Shown: positions 47,299-60,150, counted from the first letter of the stretch. The stretch is 64,000 nt of DNA from Parcubacteria bacterium RAAC4_OD1_1 (GCA_000505065.1 AWSN01000001.1:132247-196246), one strand, 5' to 3'. The notes: a model not told the origin generated them from the letters alone. Numbers and translations: made by a program.

Positions 47299-48096
47299 TT
47301 ATCCTATTGTTATTTTATTTTTTCTATTTTTCTCTGCGACTAAAGAAATTTTTTCCATCATATAAATAGCTTCTTTGGGGTGTTTACCTATGGCAGATTC
47401 TTCTGAAAGCATAACTCCATCCGCACCATCTAGTATTGCATAGGCAACATCTGAAACTTCAGCTCTAGTAGGAATAGGGTTCTCTACCATAGAAAGCATC
47501 ATTTGAGTAGCGACTATTACCATTTTGCCAACCTCATTGCATTTTTCTATTATATTGTGCTGGATAAAAGGAATTTCTTCTAATGGAAATTCATTACCCA
47601 AATCACCTCTCGCCACCATAATAGCATCTGCTTCTTTGATAATTTCTTCTAAATTATCATAAGCTACTTTTCTTTCTATTTTAGCTATAACCTTTTGATT
47701 ACCACCTCTTTCTTTAATTAATTCTTTTATTTTTTTTACATCTTTAGCATTCCCTACATAAGACATAGCAATGTATTCTATATTTTCTTCTACTCCAAAA
47801 GTTAAGTCAGAAATATCTTTTTCGGTTATTGCACTTTGTTCTTCTTCTCCTCCAAATTTATGACCCTCACCTTCTTTAACCCTGGGCCCTGATAAATCTT
47901 GAATCATAGGAATGTTTTTTCCACATTCACTAGCTGATTCTCTCACATTTTTTATTACCTCTCTGTGCCAATCGTGAGTATTCCAAGAAAAGTTTAAACG
48001 AGCGATATCCATATGATGATTAATCATTTCTTTAATCATTTCTTTATTATTACTTACTGGCCCTATTGTAGCTATTATTTTTGTTGTAGATTCCAT
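47299..48096 (-). CDS. pyk: Pyruvate kinase-like, minimal form (A-domain barrel only; B and C domains absent)
   Basis: [10 protein letters not shown]...ARLNFSW, VIAKIE...[54 protein letters not shown] all align with PK A-domain; only 265 aa. Confidence 0.65.
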   Translation of the reverse strand: MESTTKIIATIGPVSNNKEMIKEMINHHMDIARLNFSWNTHDWHREVIKNVRESASECGKNIPMIQDLSGPRVKEGEGHKFGGEEEQSAITEKDISDLTFGVEENIEYIAMSYVGNAKDVKKIKELIKERGGNQKVIAKIERKVAYDNLEEIIKEADAIMVARGDLGNEFPLEEIPFIQHNIIEKCNEVGKMVIVATQMMLSMVENPIPTRAEVSDVAYAILDGADGVMLSEESAIGKHPKEAIYMMEKISLVAEKNRKNKITIG

Positions 48097-48100
48097 ATTT

Positions 48101-49324
48101 TTATTTTGCTATATTTATAAGTCTGTTATATTTTATATCTCTTTCTTTTGGTCCCAAGGCTCCCGATTTGAGACCAAAGCATCCAAATGCATAAGATAAG
48201 TCCCCAATAAAATCATCCATTGTTTCTCCACTTCTGTGGCTAATAATGCAATCAATATCATTTTTTCTTGCAAGCTCTATTGTGTTTAATGTTTCTGTTA
48301 ATGTTCCTATTTGATTTGGTTTGATGATTATGCCCTTGATACTTTTTTCTCTTATTGCTCTATCTAATCTATTTATATTTGTAACAGTAAGATCATCCCC
48401 TATAAGTTTTACTTCTGGAATTATTGCTTGAAGAGTTGTAAAGCTTTCAAAATCTTCTTCTTCAAATGGATCTTCTATTGATATAATAGGAAATTCTTCA
48501 CACATTTTTACATAAAGATCTTTCATTTCTTCTTTAGAAAAAGATTTTGACATAAATTTATAAACTTCTTCTCCTTCATCATAAAAAGATGAAGATGCTA
48601 CATCGAGTGCATATTTAATTTTATTCTCATATCCTAATTCATCTACTGCTTGTTTTATGAGTCTAAGGGGGACAAAGACATCTTCTTCTTCGAGAGCTAC
48701 TCCACCCTCATCTCCTTTTACAAGAGGACCTCCATATTTAGAAATTAATATTTCATCTAATTTATTTTGTATTGCTTTACTTATTTCTACACTTTCTGTA
48801 ACTTTATCTACTTGTGGAACAATATGATATTCTTGGAAAGCTAATTTGGTTTTTGCGTGCTTCCCTCCATTTATAAGATTAAAATATAGATATGGTTCTT
48901 TTTTTGATGGATTTATATCTCTTAAATTTTTTAAATATTCATAAACTTCTTTACCTAGAATTGCTCCTGCTGTTTTAGCACAAGCAATACTTACTCCTAT
49001 CATGCTATTCCCCCCTAGTTTTGTTTTTTGTTGGGTTCCATCTAGATTAAGCATTGTTTCGTCTATTATTTTTTGATCTGTTATATTTATACCAAGAAGA
49101 GCTGGTTTTATTATTTCTTCTATTTGTTTAATTGCTGTAAGTACACCACTTTTACCATTCTCTCCATCACGTAATTCACAAGCTTCATACTTACCAGTAC
49201 TAGCTCCTGATGGAACTTCAAAACTTTTAAAAATATCCCCCACATAAACTGAGACTTTAAGTGTAGGATTCCCGCGAGAGTCAAGTATTTGCTCTGCTTT
49301 TATATCTGTTATTTTTTTATCCAT
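48101..49324 (-). CDS. eno: Enolase
   Basis: [18 protein letters not shown]-terminus, enolase catalytic motifs (SHRSGETMD). Confidence 0.9.
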   Translation of the reverse strand: MDKKITDIKAEQILDSRGNPTLKVSVYVGDIFKSFEVPSGASTGKYEACELRDGENGKSGVLTAIKQIEEIIKPALLGINITDQKIIDETMLNLDGTQQKTKLGGNSMIGVSIACAKTAGAILGKEVYEYLKNLRDINPSKKEPYLYFNLINGGKHAKTKLAFQEYHIVPQVDKVTESVEISKAIQNKLDEILISKYGGPLVKGDEGGVALEEEDVFVPLRLIKQAVDELGYENKIKYALDVASSSFYDEGEEVYKFMSKSFSKEEMKDLYVKMCEEFPIISIEDPFEEEDFESFTTLQAIIPEVKLIGDDLTVTNINRLDRAIREKSIKGIIIKPNQIGTLTETLNTIELARKNDIDCIISHRSGETMDDFIGDLSYAFGCFGLKSGALGPKERDIKYNRLINIAK

Positions 49325-49389
49325 ATATGCTTATTATAACATTTTTATTTATTTTAAAAAACATATTAGTGTGGTATAATATATATGTT

Positions 49390-49572
49390 ATGGAAGAAGA
49401 TGATTATTATAATTTAAATGGAGATCAAGAAGAATCTAAGCCAAATGATCCTGTTTGTCCTCGTTGTGGGCTTAGGACTTATGATGATTCTTGCCAGGTA
49501 TGTGGAACTCCCATCATAGATAAAGCTGACGATGAGGAGGAGGAATATGATTGGAGAGAACACAAAAGGTAA
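49390..49572 (+). CDS. Small acidic zinc-ribbon protein (start moved to ATG 49390)
   Basis: CPRCG...CQVCG two CxxC pairs; TATAAT 49374-49379 just upstream. Confidence 0.4.
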   Translation: MEEDDYYNLNGDQEESKPNDPVCPRCGLRTYDDSCQVCGTPIIDKADDEEEEYDWREHKR

Positions 49573-49632
49573 AAGGTAAATTACTAAACACTTACCGGAA
49601 GGTTTTGCTTTCCGAATTAACTTTAGTTATTA

Positions 49633-50379
49633 CTATTTATTCAAATAATAAAGTCTTTTTGTTTCGGGGAGTCTTTCGATAGCATAACGAAGCATAGTGC
49701 GGGGCATTTTGTTTGAATTTTGATCTAAGTATGAAAGTAACTCCTTCTCATCCACCCTTTTACCCACCTCTCGGAGCATCCACCCACAAGCTTTATGAAT
49801 AAGATCATGTTTATCTTTCATAAGCATATCTGTGATTTTGAAAGTCCAATCTGCTTCTTTTTTATAAATAAAAGCGAAAGTAGAAATAATTGCAATACGT
49901 CTTTCCCATAAATTCTTCGATTTAGCTAACCTAGCAAGGACGGTCCTTGCTAGGTTTTTATTTTTATATAAATAGTCACCCAATATATAATGAGCAGATA
50001 AATCTACTAAATCCCAGTTATTTATATATTTGGTATTTTTCAAATAAAATTTTACAATTTTACTTTTTTCCCCTAGGTCCGACCTAGGGGAACTCGCTCC
50101 TAAGCCTTGCTTAGGAGCGGTTAATTTTTGATATTTTTGAACTAAAATCAAAAGGGCAACAAGACGGGCTTCATGATATTTATTATTTAATAATTCTTGT
50201 ATTTCTTTGAAGTCTATATGAGTATATTTCTTTGCGATACTTCTAGATACTGGAACGGTAATACCGAGGAATACATCTCCTTCCCCATATTCTCCTTTTC
50301 CAGTTTTGAAAAATCTAGTTAAGATTTTAGATTTATCTTTATTTTTTAATTTTAATAATTCATTGATAACCTTTGACAT
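49633..50379 (-). CDS. AlkD/AlkC-like HEAT-repeat DNA alkylation repair protein
   Basis: DNA_alkylation motifs (KTGKGEYGEGDVFLGITVP; NWDLVDLSA; HKACGWMLREVGKR); contains GC-rich in-frame palindromic segment. Confidence 0.6.
   Translation of the reverse strand: MSKVINELLKLKNKDKSKILTRFFKTGKGEYGEGDVFLGITVPVSRSIAKKYTHIDFKEIQELLNNKYHEARLVALLILVQKYQKLTAPKQGLGASSPRSDLGEKSKIVKFYLKNTKYINNWDLVDLSAHYILGDYLYKNKNLARTVLARLAKSKNLWERRIAIISTFAFIYKKEADWTFKITDMLMKDKHDLIHKACGWMLREVGKRVDEKELLSYLDQNSNKMPRTMLRYAIERLPETKRLYYLNK
50070..50119. repeat. Two adjacent GC-rich palindromes (cccctaggtc-c-gacctagggg; cgctcctaagc-ctt-gcttaggagcg) in-frame in the alkD-like gene; insertion status unresolved
   Basis: Self-complementary; encode ...KQGLGASSPRSDLGEK... 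Confidence 0.6.
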
Positions 50380-50584
50380 ATATATGATTATATTATAGTA
50401 TTAAAATAAATTTTAAATCCAATAATCATGGAAATAGTAAAGTTTTTTAATGAATTTTCACCAAGCAATTTTTTGGTCTTTTCAATAATTGTTGTAATTT
50501 TGTCTCTCATACTGTATTTAATATTACCTAAAAGAGATAAAAAACCTCCCAGTTCTTCTTGAAAAAGAAGACTGGGAATTTTTG

Positions 50585-52315
50585 TTATATGAACAATCTC
50601 GCTATTCTTATATCTTCAAAACTCAGACTGTGTCCTTCTTTTTCTAATATTAATTTTATTGGATTTAATTTCCCCACTTCTTCCCCTTTCAATTTTTTAT
50701 TTACTTTTTTTACTAAGTCTATATTTTTCTGCGAAGGTTTAATATGAGAAATAATTGTTTCCGGATATTCTTTCATTATTTCTTCTATGTGGTGAGTGAT
50801 AGTACCTTGGGTAAGATTTCTTTCTTTTGCTATTTGTTTTATATTTTTTCCACTTTCCAATAATTCTTTGGTTACTAAAATGGTTGGGATTTTGGTGTCT
50901 ATAATTTTTCTTTTGCTTTTTCGGTGAGTTTTTGATGATGTGTCTAAAGTCCCACCCATTCTTTTTATAAAATCACTTTCCATTTTTTGTTGATCAGATT
51001 TATTTAGTTTACTAAAAACAATTTCATTTTCAGCACTTTCATTTTTTAATTCTTGATCAAATTTTAAAACTTCCGGATCTACTTTTAAAGCATTTTTATT
51101 TAAGCCTATCAATTTTATACCAGAAAGGGTCCGAACTCGAGAAAGAGCAACATACCCCATCCCATAAGCAAAGGTGCTTCTAAGGTCGATTTCTGCGTTA
51201 TCTAGGGACATTCCTTGGCTTTTGTGTATTGTTATGGCCCAGGCGAGGCGAAGTGGAAGCTGTGTTATGGAGGCTTTTATTTTGCCGTCTTCTTCTATAG
51301 CCCAAAGCATTGGGGTTATGGTCACAGTCTTACCGTTATATAGTTTTATTATTGGGTTATGGGTTTCAGGATCAAAATCTACCACTTTGCCTCGAGAGCC
51401 ATTTACATAACCACTTTCCATATTATTTTTAATACACATAATCTCGGCACCAATTTTTAGGCGAAGTTCTTCGTGGGCTAAACAACTTTTTTTCAAAATA
51501 TCAACAATGATATCATTTCCTTTAGAAGTCATATAATATATTTTTTCTTCAGCATCTATTTTTGAAAGTTCGGTGTGATTTTCATTGTCTACATTTACAT
51601 TGTGAGTATATAATTTTGTTGCTTTTTCATTATTATTTAATTTTGCGTCAATTCGTTTTTCTAAATATTTATAATGTTTATCTTCTGTATTATTGTCACG
51701 AATTGTATTTAATATTTCTGTTAAAATATTGTCTTCTTGTCTATGTTGCTCTGTTAAATAGCAAATTGCAGGATTTAATATTTTCCAAGCATCGCTTATA
51801 TAGACCATTTTTGTCCCACCAGTCGGACTGGTGGGATTACCCACTAGTCCGACTGGTGACTCTTCATATATTCGTTTTTCTACTGGTGGAAGCTGAAAGA
51901 AATCTCCAGAGAGTATTACTTGTAATCCACCAAAAGGTTTCTCTACTCTTTTAAATTTTCGGCAAACTTTTTCTATCATATCAAGTTGGTATCCATGAAG
52001 CATCGATATCTCATCTATTATTAGGACTCTGGCTTTCTCGAATCTGTTCCAGAGATATTTTTTCTCTTCGAGTTGATCAAGATCCCTTTCATCCATTTTG
52101 TTTTTAACACCTATCCCAGACCAGCCGTGTATAGTCATACCGTTCATATGAGTAGCGGCAATACCAGTCGAGGCCGTCACTGCGACAGCGATGTCGTGAT
52201 CTTGTAAATATGAAATGTATTGATTGAGTAAATATGTCTTACCAGAGCCTGCACTACCTGTCAGATAAATATTCACCCCAGTTTTCATAATTTTCAAAGC
52301 TTGTTCTTGGGTCAT
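50585..52315 (-). CDS. RecD/Pif1-like SF1 DNA helicase with C-terminal HTH
   Basis: Walker A GSAGSGKTY, Walker B LIIDEISM, SF1 motifs; C-terminal helix-turn-helix region. Confidence 0.7.
   Translation of the reverse strand: MTQEQALKIMKTGVNIYLTGSAGSGKTYLLNQYISYLQDHDIAVAVTASTGIAATHMNGMTIHGWSGIGVKNKMDERDLDQLEEKKYLWNRFEKARVLIIDEISMLHGYQLDMIEKVCRKFKRVEKPFGGLQVILSGDFFQLPPVEKRIYEESPVGLVGNPTSPTGGTKMVYISDAWKILNPAICYLTEQHRQEDNILTEILNTIRDNNTEDKHYKYLEKRIDAKLNNNEKATKLYTHNVNVDNENHTELSKIDAEEKIYYMTSKGNDIIVDILKKSCLAHEELRLKIGAEIMCIKNNMESGYVNGSRGKVVDFDPETHNPIIKLYNGKTVTITPMLWAIEEDGKIKASITQLPLRLAWAITIHKSQGMSLDNAEIDLRSTFAYGMGYVALSRVRTLSGIKLIGLNKNALKVDPEVLKFDQELKNESAENEIVFSKLNKSDQQKMESDFIKRMGGTLDTSSKTHRKSKRKIIDTKIPTILVTKELLESGKNIKQIAKERNLTQGTITHHIEEIMKEYPETIISHIKPSQKNIDLVKKVNKKLKGEEVGKLNPIKLILEKEGHSLSFEDIRIARLFI
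51815..51857. repeat. GC-rich palindrome pair (cccaccagtc-g-gactggtggg; cccactagtc-c-gactggtg) inserted in-frame in helicase
   Basis: Self-complementary; encode PVGLVGNPTSPTGG. Confidence 0.6.
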
Positions 52316-52333
52316 GTTTTTATTATATCAAAA

Positions 52334-53809
52334 TTATTTAGAATCTAAATCAAGAACTTCATCTATTCGAATTTGTTTTACAAATTCAGGAACATGGGAG
52401 ACTAGGATCATCGCTCCTTGATATTCGTCGAGCGCTTTGGCGATCACTGGTAAGTGACGGAAATTTATATGGTTTGTAGGTTCATCTAGAATAAGAAGAC
52501 CTGGCTTTTCAATCACTAGCTTTGCAAAAGAAACCAATCCTTTTTGACCTTCAGATAAACTTTCTATTTTTGTATTTATTATATCTCCGGTTATTAGAAA
52601 TGATGCAGCGATTGCTCTTACTTTTTCCTCTTCTATTTTCCCCGAGACACTCATCATTGCATTTTCGAGAGTTTCTAATACTGTTTCTTTAAAATTAAGA
52701 GTAGAGAAATCTTGCCTGTAATACCCTACTCGGATACCTTTGGCTATTTCACCTCCTATTGCTCTGTTGTTTGCTAAGGATTCAAGTAATGTACTTTTAC
52801 CAATACCATTAGGTCCTGAAAGTAATAAATGTTTATTTTTACGAAGCTTAATTTTAACTTTTTTTATAACTGGTTCGTGATTTTTTAATACAGAAACACT
52901 TGTTAGATTTAAAATATCCCCTATTAGATTTTCTTGAAATGGTATAATAAAATTTTTAATAGTTCTATCTTCTTTTCGAACATCAATTTTTTCTTCCTCT
53001 AATTCACTTGCGAGATCTCGCATTCTTTTAGCGACAGCTCGAAGATTTCCACCTTTCATTGCAAAAGCATTGGCTTGTTCTTTTTTTGCTTTTATTTCTT
53101 TTGAAAGTAATGCATTTTTTCTATTCTCGCGATCCATTCGGGCTGTGATTTGGTCTCTCACATCGGTATAATCCCCTACATATTGTTCTATTTTTTTAGT
53201 ATAAACATCAAGGTATAAGACTGCATCAGTAAAAGCATTCAAGAAATGAGCATCATGAGAAATTACAATAACCGTTTTTTTGTATTTAATTAAAAAGTCT
53301 GTTAGGTGCCTGATCCCCTCTTTGTCTAGATTATTTGTCGGCTCATCAAGCATTAGTATATCTGGCTCTATAATAAGAGCCGAAGCAAGTAATAGTCGTG
53401 CTTGTTGGCCACCAGAAAATGATCTTACAATTCTGTCATGTATTTTTTCGTGACCTTTTAGGTTTACAACTTCTAAAATATTATCAATCTTAGGATCTAT
53501 ATCGTAAACTTTTTCTTTAAAGCATTTCTGAAAAAAATCACGAACAGTTAAATCGAGTTCATTTTTAGGTATTACTTGTCTAGAAAGAGCAATAGTTGTT
53601 TTTTGGGCTAAGTGAATATCCCCTTCTTCTGGTTCTAATGTCCCATTTATAAGATTGAAAATTGTGCTTTTTCCTGCGCCATTTTGACCCATAATGGTGA
53701 CTTTCATACCACGACGAACAGAAAAGCTAACCTCATCTAAGATGGGTTTATTGTGACCATATAAAAACGAAACTTTTTCAAATCGTATTACTACTTCATT
53801 TGAGCTCAT
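52334..53809 (-). CDS. ABC-F family ATPase (tandem ABC domains; EttA/Uup-like translation factor)
   Basis: Two Walker A (GQNGAGKST; GPNGIGKST), two signature LSGGQ-type motifs (FSGGQQ; LSEGQK), charged linker. Confidence 0.8.
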   Translation of the reverse strand: MSSNEVVIRFEKVSFLYGHNKPILDEVSFSVRRGMKVTIMGQNGAGKSTIFNLINGTLEPEEGDIHLAQKTTIALSRQVIPKNELDLTVRDFFQKCFKEKVYDIDPKIDNILEVVNLKGHEKIHDRIVRSFSGGQQARLLLASALIIEPDILMLDEPTNNLDKEGIRHLTDFLIKYKKTVIVISHDAHFLNAFTDAVLYLDVYTKKIEQYVGDYTDVRDQITARMDRENRKNALLSKEIKAKKEQANAFAMKGGNLRAVAKRMRDLASELEEEKIDVRKEDRTIKNFIIPFQENLIGDILNLTSVSVLKNHEPVIKKVKIKLRKNKHLLLSGPNGIGKSTLLESLANNRAIGGEIAKGIRVGYYRQDFSTLNFKETVLETLENAMMSVSGKIEEEKVRAIAASFLITGDIINTKIESLSEGQKGLVSFAKLVIEKPGLLILDEPTNHINFRHLPVIAKALDEYQGAMILVSHVPEFVKQIRIDEVLDLDSK

Positions 53810-54026
53810 ATAGATGTATATACTACCTTAAATAAATTAAAAATCCAAACATTTTGTTTGGATTTTTAATTTATTACTTCTTTGCCTTTTTTGGTTTCTT
53901 TGTTTCTTTTTTGTGAGTTACTCCTTTTGCCATATTTATTATTTATTTCGCCATAATTTTAATGACGATAAATTAATTTATTAATAATTTTTTAATTATA
54001 ACATTCTTAAGATAAAAAATAAATTT

Positions 54027-54407
54027 TTATTCTATGATTGTCCCCTGGAATATTATTGCATCATTTTGATATACTATAGCTTCGTTACCTTTATTCCAAA
54101 ATACGATACTTTCATTATAGTTTGTATATTTCGAACCATTAGTAGATAGAGATAGTGTTAATTTTTCTTCAATTATATTTCCATAATTTAAAGTCAATAT
54201 TTTTCCATCTCTAGAGACTTTTACTGTCAATTCTTTATCTGTTAATTCTTCTTTGAAAGTAAAAATGAATTCTTCTAATAATTGATTTTTTGTATTATTT
54301 AAATTATTTGTTTGAAGATTTTCACCTCTTTTAATAAAATATATAAGTCCTAAAACAAGAAGGACAACAACAAATACTGATATTATAGTTTTTTTATTTA
54401 TATTCAT
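54027..54407 (-). CDS. Hypothetical membrane-anchored protein
   Basis: N-terminal TM; no motif. Confidence 0.3.
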   Translation of the reverse strand: MNINKKTIISVFVVVLLVLGLIYFIKRGENLQTNNLNNTKNQLLEEFIFTFKEELTDKELTVKVSRDGKILTLNYGNIIEEKLTLSLSTNGSKYTNYNESIVFWNKGNEAIVYQNDAIIFQGTIIE

Positions 54408-54497
54408 ATTTATTTTTTTAAATTATTTTTATATTTAAATGATAACTCATATAATTAAATAAAACAAATCCCTGATCAAAGCCAGGGATTTATTTTA

Positions 54498-54944
54498 TTA
54501 TTTTTGATATTTTTTATTCTTCCATTTATCAGCAATTTTTACACGAGTAAGAGATCTTTCTAATTCTGTTTCAAAATGCTCATAGTCAACGACTTCTTTA
54601 TTAAGAGCTTGTTTTCTTAACTCCTCTGCTTTTTGTTTAGCTTTTTCAATCATTTCTTCGGTTATTTCTCCGACATTTTCTGCAAAATCTGCTAAAATAG
54701 CAACTTCTGTTTCTTTGTTTTCGTTATTTTTAACTTCTACGAACCCACCAACCAAAGCTATTGGAATCTCTCCTTCTTTATTTCTAGCAACAATATCTCC
54801 TGAAGCTAATCCTGATACTAGAGGAATGTGATCTGGGAGAATAGTTATCTCCCCTTCTGTGGTCGGAACGGTTACAGAAAAAACATCTTCTTCTAAAATA
54901 AGTTTTTCTGGGGTGACTATTTTTAATTTTAATTGTTTTGACAT
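54498..54944 (-). CDS. atpC: F1 ATP synthase epsilon subunit
   Basis: Beta-sandwich N-domain and C-terminal helical hairpin; operon position. Confidence 0.8.
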   Translation of the reverse strand: MSKQLKLKIVTPEKLILEEDVFSVTVPTTEGEITILPDHIPLVSGLASGDIVARNKEGEIPIALVGGFVEVKNNENKETEVAILADFAENVGEITEEMIEKAKQKAEELRKQALNKEVVDYEHFETELERSLTRVKIADKWKNKKYQK

Positions 54945-54956
54945 AATGTTTGATTT

Positions 54957-56357
<1,401 letters not shown>

Positions 56358-56460
56358 TTATGAAAAAATGTCTGACACCGGTTTCTATTCCCACACGCCC
56401 CTAGACTTTTTTCAGAATATAATTTGTGTAGCCTTTTCTAATAATTTTTTAATAATAATT

Positions 56461-57369
56461 TTATTCGATTGACGTCATCCCCGCACTAATCTCAGATATT
56501 TCCTGAGTGATGCCTGCTTGACGAGCCTTGTTAAACATTAATGTTAACCCCCCTATCATTTCACCTGCTGCTTCACTTGCATTTTTCATTGCCATCATTC
56601 TGCTTGATTGTTCACTAGCACTTGATTCAAGTATCATTTGGTATATTTGCATTTTTGTCAATTTCTCTGCTAATGATTCAATTAATTTACCAGTATCTCC
56701 TTCAAATAAATATGGAATTATTTCTTTTTTATCTTCTAAATTTTTTTGTTTATCTTTATTTTCTCCTACGCTATCTATAAATTCTTTTATTTCTGTTTTT
56801 GAGATTGGTAAAAGTTTTTTTATTTGAGCTTTTTGAGTTAGAGCTGAAACAAAGTCTGTGTAAGCGATATAAATATTTTTGTAATTTTCTTTTTTATATT
56901 CGTCTATTATTAGTTTGGATACTGGATTTATATCAGATAAATTACTATTGTCTGGTAGATCTATGAATGAAGCTATAACATTTTGGCCTATTCTTCTCAT
57001 TGCATTATCTCCTTTTTTTCCAATTGTTATTATGTCTAAATTATTTCCACTTCTTTCTTTTATCATTAAAAGTGTCTTTTTTATAACTTGAGAATTATAT
57101 GCTCCACAAAGTCCACCATTTGAGGTTATAAGTATAAGTAAATCTTTATCTTTATTATTTTCAATAAAAAATGGATGTGTTATTTCTTCTAATCTGCCTG
57201 ATAACGAAACAAGAAGATCCCAAGAATAACCCGCATACAAACGAGAAGAAAGAGCTCTAGAAACGGATCTTTTCATCTTAGAAGCAGCCACAAGCTCCAT
57301 CGCTTTCGTGATTTTCTTTGTGTTTTTCACACTTCTTATTCTTTGTTTTATTTCTTTTGTTCCTGCCAT
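56461..57369 (-). CDS. atpG: F1 ATP synthase gamma subunit
   Basis: MAGTKEIKQRIRSVKNTKKITKAMELVAASK N-terminus. Confidence 0.85.
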   Translation of the reverse strand: MAGTKEIKQRIRSVKNTKKITKAMELVAASKMKRSVSRALSSRLYAGYSWDLLVSLSGRLEEITHPFFIENNKDKDLLILITSNGGLCGAYNSQVIKKTLLMIKERSGNNLDIITIGKKGDNAMRRIGQNVIASFIDLPDNSNLSDINPVSKLIIDEYKKENYKNIYIAYTDFVSALTQKAQIKKLLPISKTEIKEFIDSVGENKDKQKNLEDKKEIIPYLFEGDTGKLIESLAEKLTKMQIYQMILESSASEQSSRMMAMKNASEAAGEMIGGLTLMFNKARQAGITQEISEISAGMTSIE

Positions 57370-57371
57370 AT

Positions 57372-58874
57372 TTATTTATTAAAACTTGCAATATATTCTT
57401 CTATTACTTTTTTAATTTCTGCTTCACCAGCATCGGTCCACATTTTACTTTCAGTAATTTCTTTCATAAACACTTTTGCATTTCTTTCTGCATATTCAAT
57501 AAGTCCACTTTCAAATTCTTTTATTTTATCAAGCGGAATGTTGTCTGTGTAGCCTCTTGTTAAAGCATAAAGAATCACAACTTGTTTTTCTGTGGCAACA
57601 GGAGAATATTGAGGTTGCTTTAAGATTTCTACAGCTCTTTTACCACGCTCGAGTTGCTTTTTTGTTCCTTCGTCTAAATCAGAACCGAATTGGGAGAAGG
57701 CTTCAAGCTCACGGAATGATGCAAGGTCAAGCTTCAAAGTCCCAGCCACTTTTTTCATAGCTTTAATTTGAGCAGAAGACCCCACACGAGAAACTGAAAG
57801 TCCTACGTTTACTGCAGGGCGGATTCCTTTATAAAACAAATCAGTTTCTAAAAATATTTGACCATCAGTAATAGAAATAACATTTGTAGGAATATATGCA
57901 GACACATCACCAGCTTGAGTCTCAATTATTGGAAGAGCTGTGATTGATCCACCACCATATTCTTTATTTCTTCTACAAGCTCTTTCTAGAAGTCTTGAGT
58001 GTAAATAGAAAACATCTCCAGGAAAGGCTTCACGACCTGGTGGACGACGAAGTAGAAGTGATATTTCACGATAAGCAACTGCGTGCTTTGAAAGATCATC
58101 ATAAATTATAAGTACATCTTTACCTTGATCCATAAAATATTCAGCAATAGAAACTCCTGTATAAGGAGCAATGTATGCAAGAGGTGCTGGTTCTCCAGCT
58201 CCAGCTGATACAATAATTGTATAATCCATCGCCCCACCTTCTTCTAAACGAGTTTGCAATTTACGAAGCTTAGAATCTTTTTGACCAATCGATACATAAA
58301 CACATATCATATTCTGCCCTTTTTGATTAAGTATTGTGTCAATTGCGATAGCGGTCTTACCTGTCTGACGGTCACCAATTATAAGCTCACGTTGTCCACG
58401 TCCAATTGGAATAAGAGCATCAATTGCTTTAATACCTGTTTGGACTGGCTGATCCACTGAAAGACGGGTCACAACCCCAGGGGCAACTTTTTCTATAGGA
58501 TTTCTTGTTTCAGTTTTAATATCACCTTTTCCATCTATTGGTTCCCCAAGTGCATTTAATACTCTACCTATTTGTTTATCTGAAACTGGAACAGAAAGAA
58601 TTTGCCCTGTAGCACGAACTTCTTCTCCTTCTTTAATTTTTGAAAATTCACCTAAAATAATAACTCCAACTGAATCTTCTTCTAGGTTTAGAGCCACACC
58701 CATAGCCCCACTTTCAAACGTCACCATTTCTGATGCTTTCAACTCTGAAAGACCAGAAACTTTGGAAATTCCATCAAAAACTTCAATAACGTGACCAATT
58801 TTTTCTGTTTTTGTGTCTGCTTGAAACTTTTCTATTTGTTTTCTTAAATTTTCTACAATGTAATTCTTTGTCAT
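57372..58874 (-). CDS. atpA: F1 ATP synthase alpha subunit
   Basis: GDRQTGKT P-loop, alpha-specific C-terminal domain. Confidence 0.9.
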   Translation of the reverse strand: MTKNYIVENLRKQIEKFQADTKTEKIGHVIEVFDGISKVSGLSELKASEMVTFESGAMGVALNLEEDSVGVIILGEFSKIKEGEEVRATGQILSVPVSDKQIGRVLNALGEPIDGKGDIKTETRNPIEKVAPGVVTRLSVDQPVQTGIKAIDALIPIGRGQRELIIGDRQTGKTAIAIDTILNQKGQNMICVYVSIGQKDSKLRKLQTRLEEGGAMDYTIIVSAGAGEPAPLAYIAPYTGVSIAEYFMDQGKDVLIIYDDLSKHAVAYREISLLLRRPPGREAFPGDVFYLHSRLLERACRRNKEYGGGSITALPIIETQAGDVSAYIPTNVISITDGQIFLETDLFYKGIRPAVNVGLSVSRVGSSAQIKAMKKVAGTLKLDLASFRELEAFSQFGSDLDEGTKKQLERGKRAVEILKQPQYSPVATEKQVVILYALTRGYTDNIPLDKIKEFESGLIEYAERNAKVFMKEITESKMWTDAGEAEIKKVIEEYIASFNK

Positions 58875-58878
58875 AAAG

Positions 58879-59286
58879 TTAATTTGTTATTAAATAATTT
58901 TGTAATTGATGCAATTTATTTTTTAAAGTTAAGTCTATTATTTCATCACCTATTTCTATTCTAATTCCTCCTAAAATATTCTTTTCCTCTAATTTTTCTA
59001 TTTGTATATCTTTTGCTCTGTATTTTTCTTTAATATATTTTTCTAATTCTTTTTCTTCTTTGTCTCCTAATTTATCTCTTGTATAAACTTTCATTTTGAT
59101 AATTCCTTCTTCTTTATCTTTTATTTCCTCTAATTTTTTTAAGATATCTTCTTTTTTACTGAGCAGATTTTTATTTTTTAAAAATTCTACAATATTTTTG
59201 ATGGCTAAATCTAAATCATTTCCATTTTTATCTTTGATGGATTCATAAATTGCGTTTGATATATTGTTAATGGAAATTTTAGCCAT
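58879..59286 (-). CDS. atpH: F1 ATP synthase delta (OSCP) subunit, short form
   Basis: C-terminal [22 protein letters not shown] matches OSCP C-terminus; operon position. Confidence 0.55.
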   Translation of the reverse strand: MAKISINNISNAIYESIKDKNGNDLDLAIKNIVEFLKNKNLLSKKEDILKKLEEIKDKEEGIIKMKVYTRDKLGDKEEKELEKYIKEKYRAKDIQIEKLEEKNILGGIRIEIGDEIIDLTLKNKLHQLQNYLITN

Positions 59287-59291
59287 ATAAT

Positions 59292-59816
59292 TTATATTTT
59301 CTTTATTTGTTCTAATGTTTTTTCGTCAAAATTTTTAGTATTTGTAGATTCTAATAATTTCTCTGTTGAGAGTACTACAAGAGAAACTATTTCTTTTTTG
59401 GCCTCCTCAATCATTTTTGTTTTTTCTGATTCTAATAATTTCTTACCACTTGTGATTATCTGTTCTACTTCTTTACCAGCTTCCTCTAACATTTCCTTCT
59501 TTTTAGTCATTGCTTCTTCTTTTCCTTCCTTAAATATTATATGAGCTTCTTCTTTAGCTTTTGATATTATTGCCTCATATTCTTTTTGAGTATTTTTAAT
59601 TAATTCAGCATTTTTGTTTGCATTTTCTATGCCACCTTCTATTTTTTCTGTTCTTTCTTTCATAACCTTTTTTAAGGGCTTAAGTGCTAAGAAATACAAA
59701 ACAAAAAGTACAACAATAAAGTTAATCGCTTGAGCGATTATAATCTGCCAATCTATGTGAAATGTAGTAATAAATGAATCCATGTTTTTAAGATTACTAA
59801 TTAATAATTTATCCAA
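59292..59816 (-). CDS. atpF: Fo ATP synthase subunit b
   Basis: N-terminal TM + long charged helix; operon position. Confidence 0.7.
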   Translation of the reverse strand: MDKLLISNLKNMDSFITTFHIDWQIIIAQAINFIVVLFVLYFLALKPLKKVMKERTEKIEGGIENANKNAELIKNTQKEYEAIISKAKEEAHIIFKEGKEEAMTKKKEMLEEAGKEVEQIITSGKKLLESEKTKMIEEAKKEIVSLVVLSTEKLLESTNTKNFDEKTLEQIKKI

Positions 59817-59898
59817 TAACTAATTTTATTTTAAAGAAGCTTTTGCTCCTTACTCCTAGTCATTTGTTTTGCAACTGACTAGATGTAAATAGCAAAGA

Positions 59899-60117
<219 letters not shown>

Positions 60118-60150
60118 TTATTTTTTAACTAATAATGTTTGACCTTTAAA

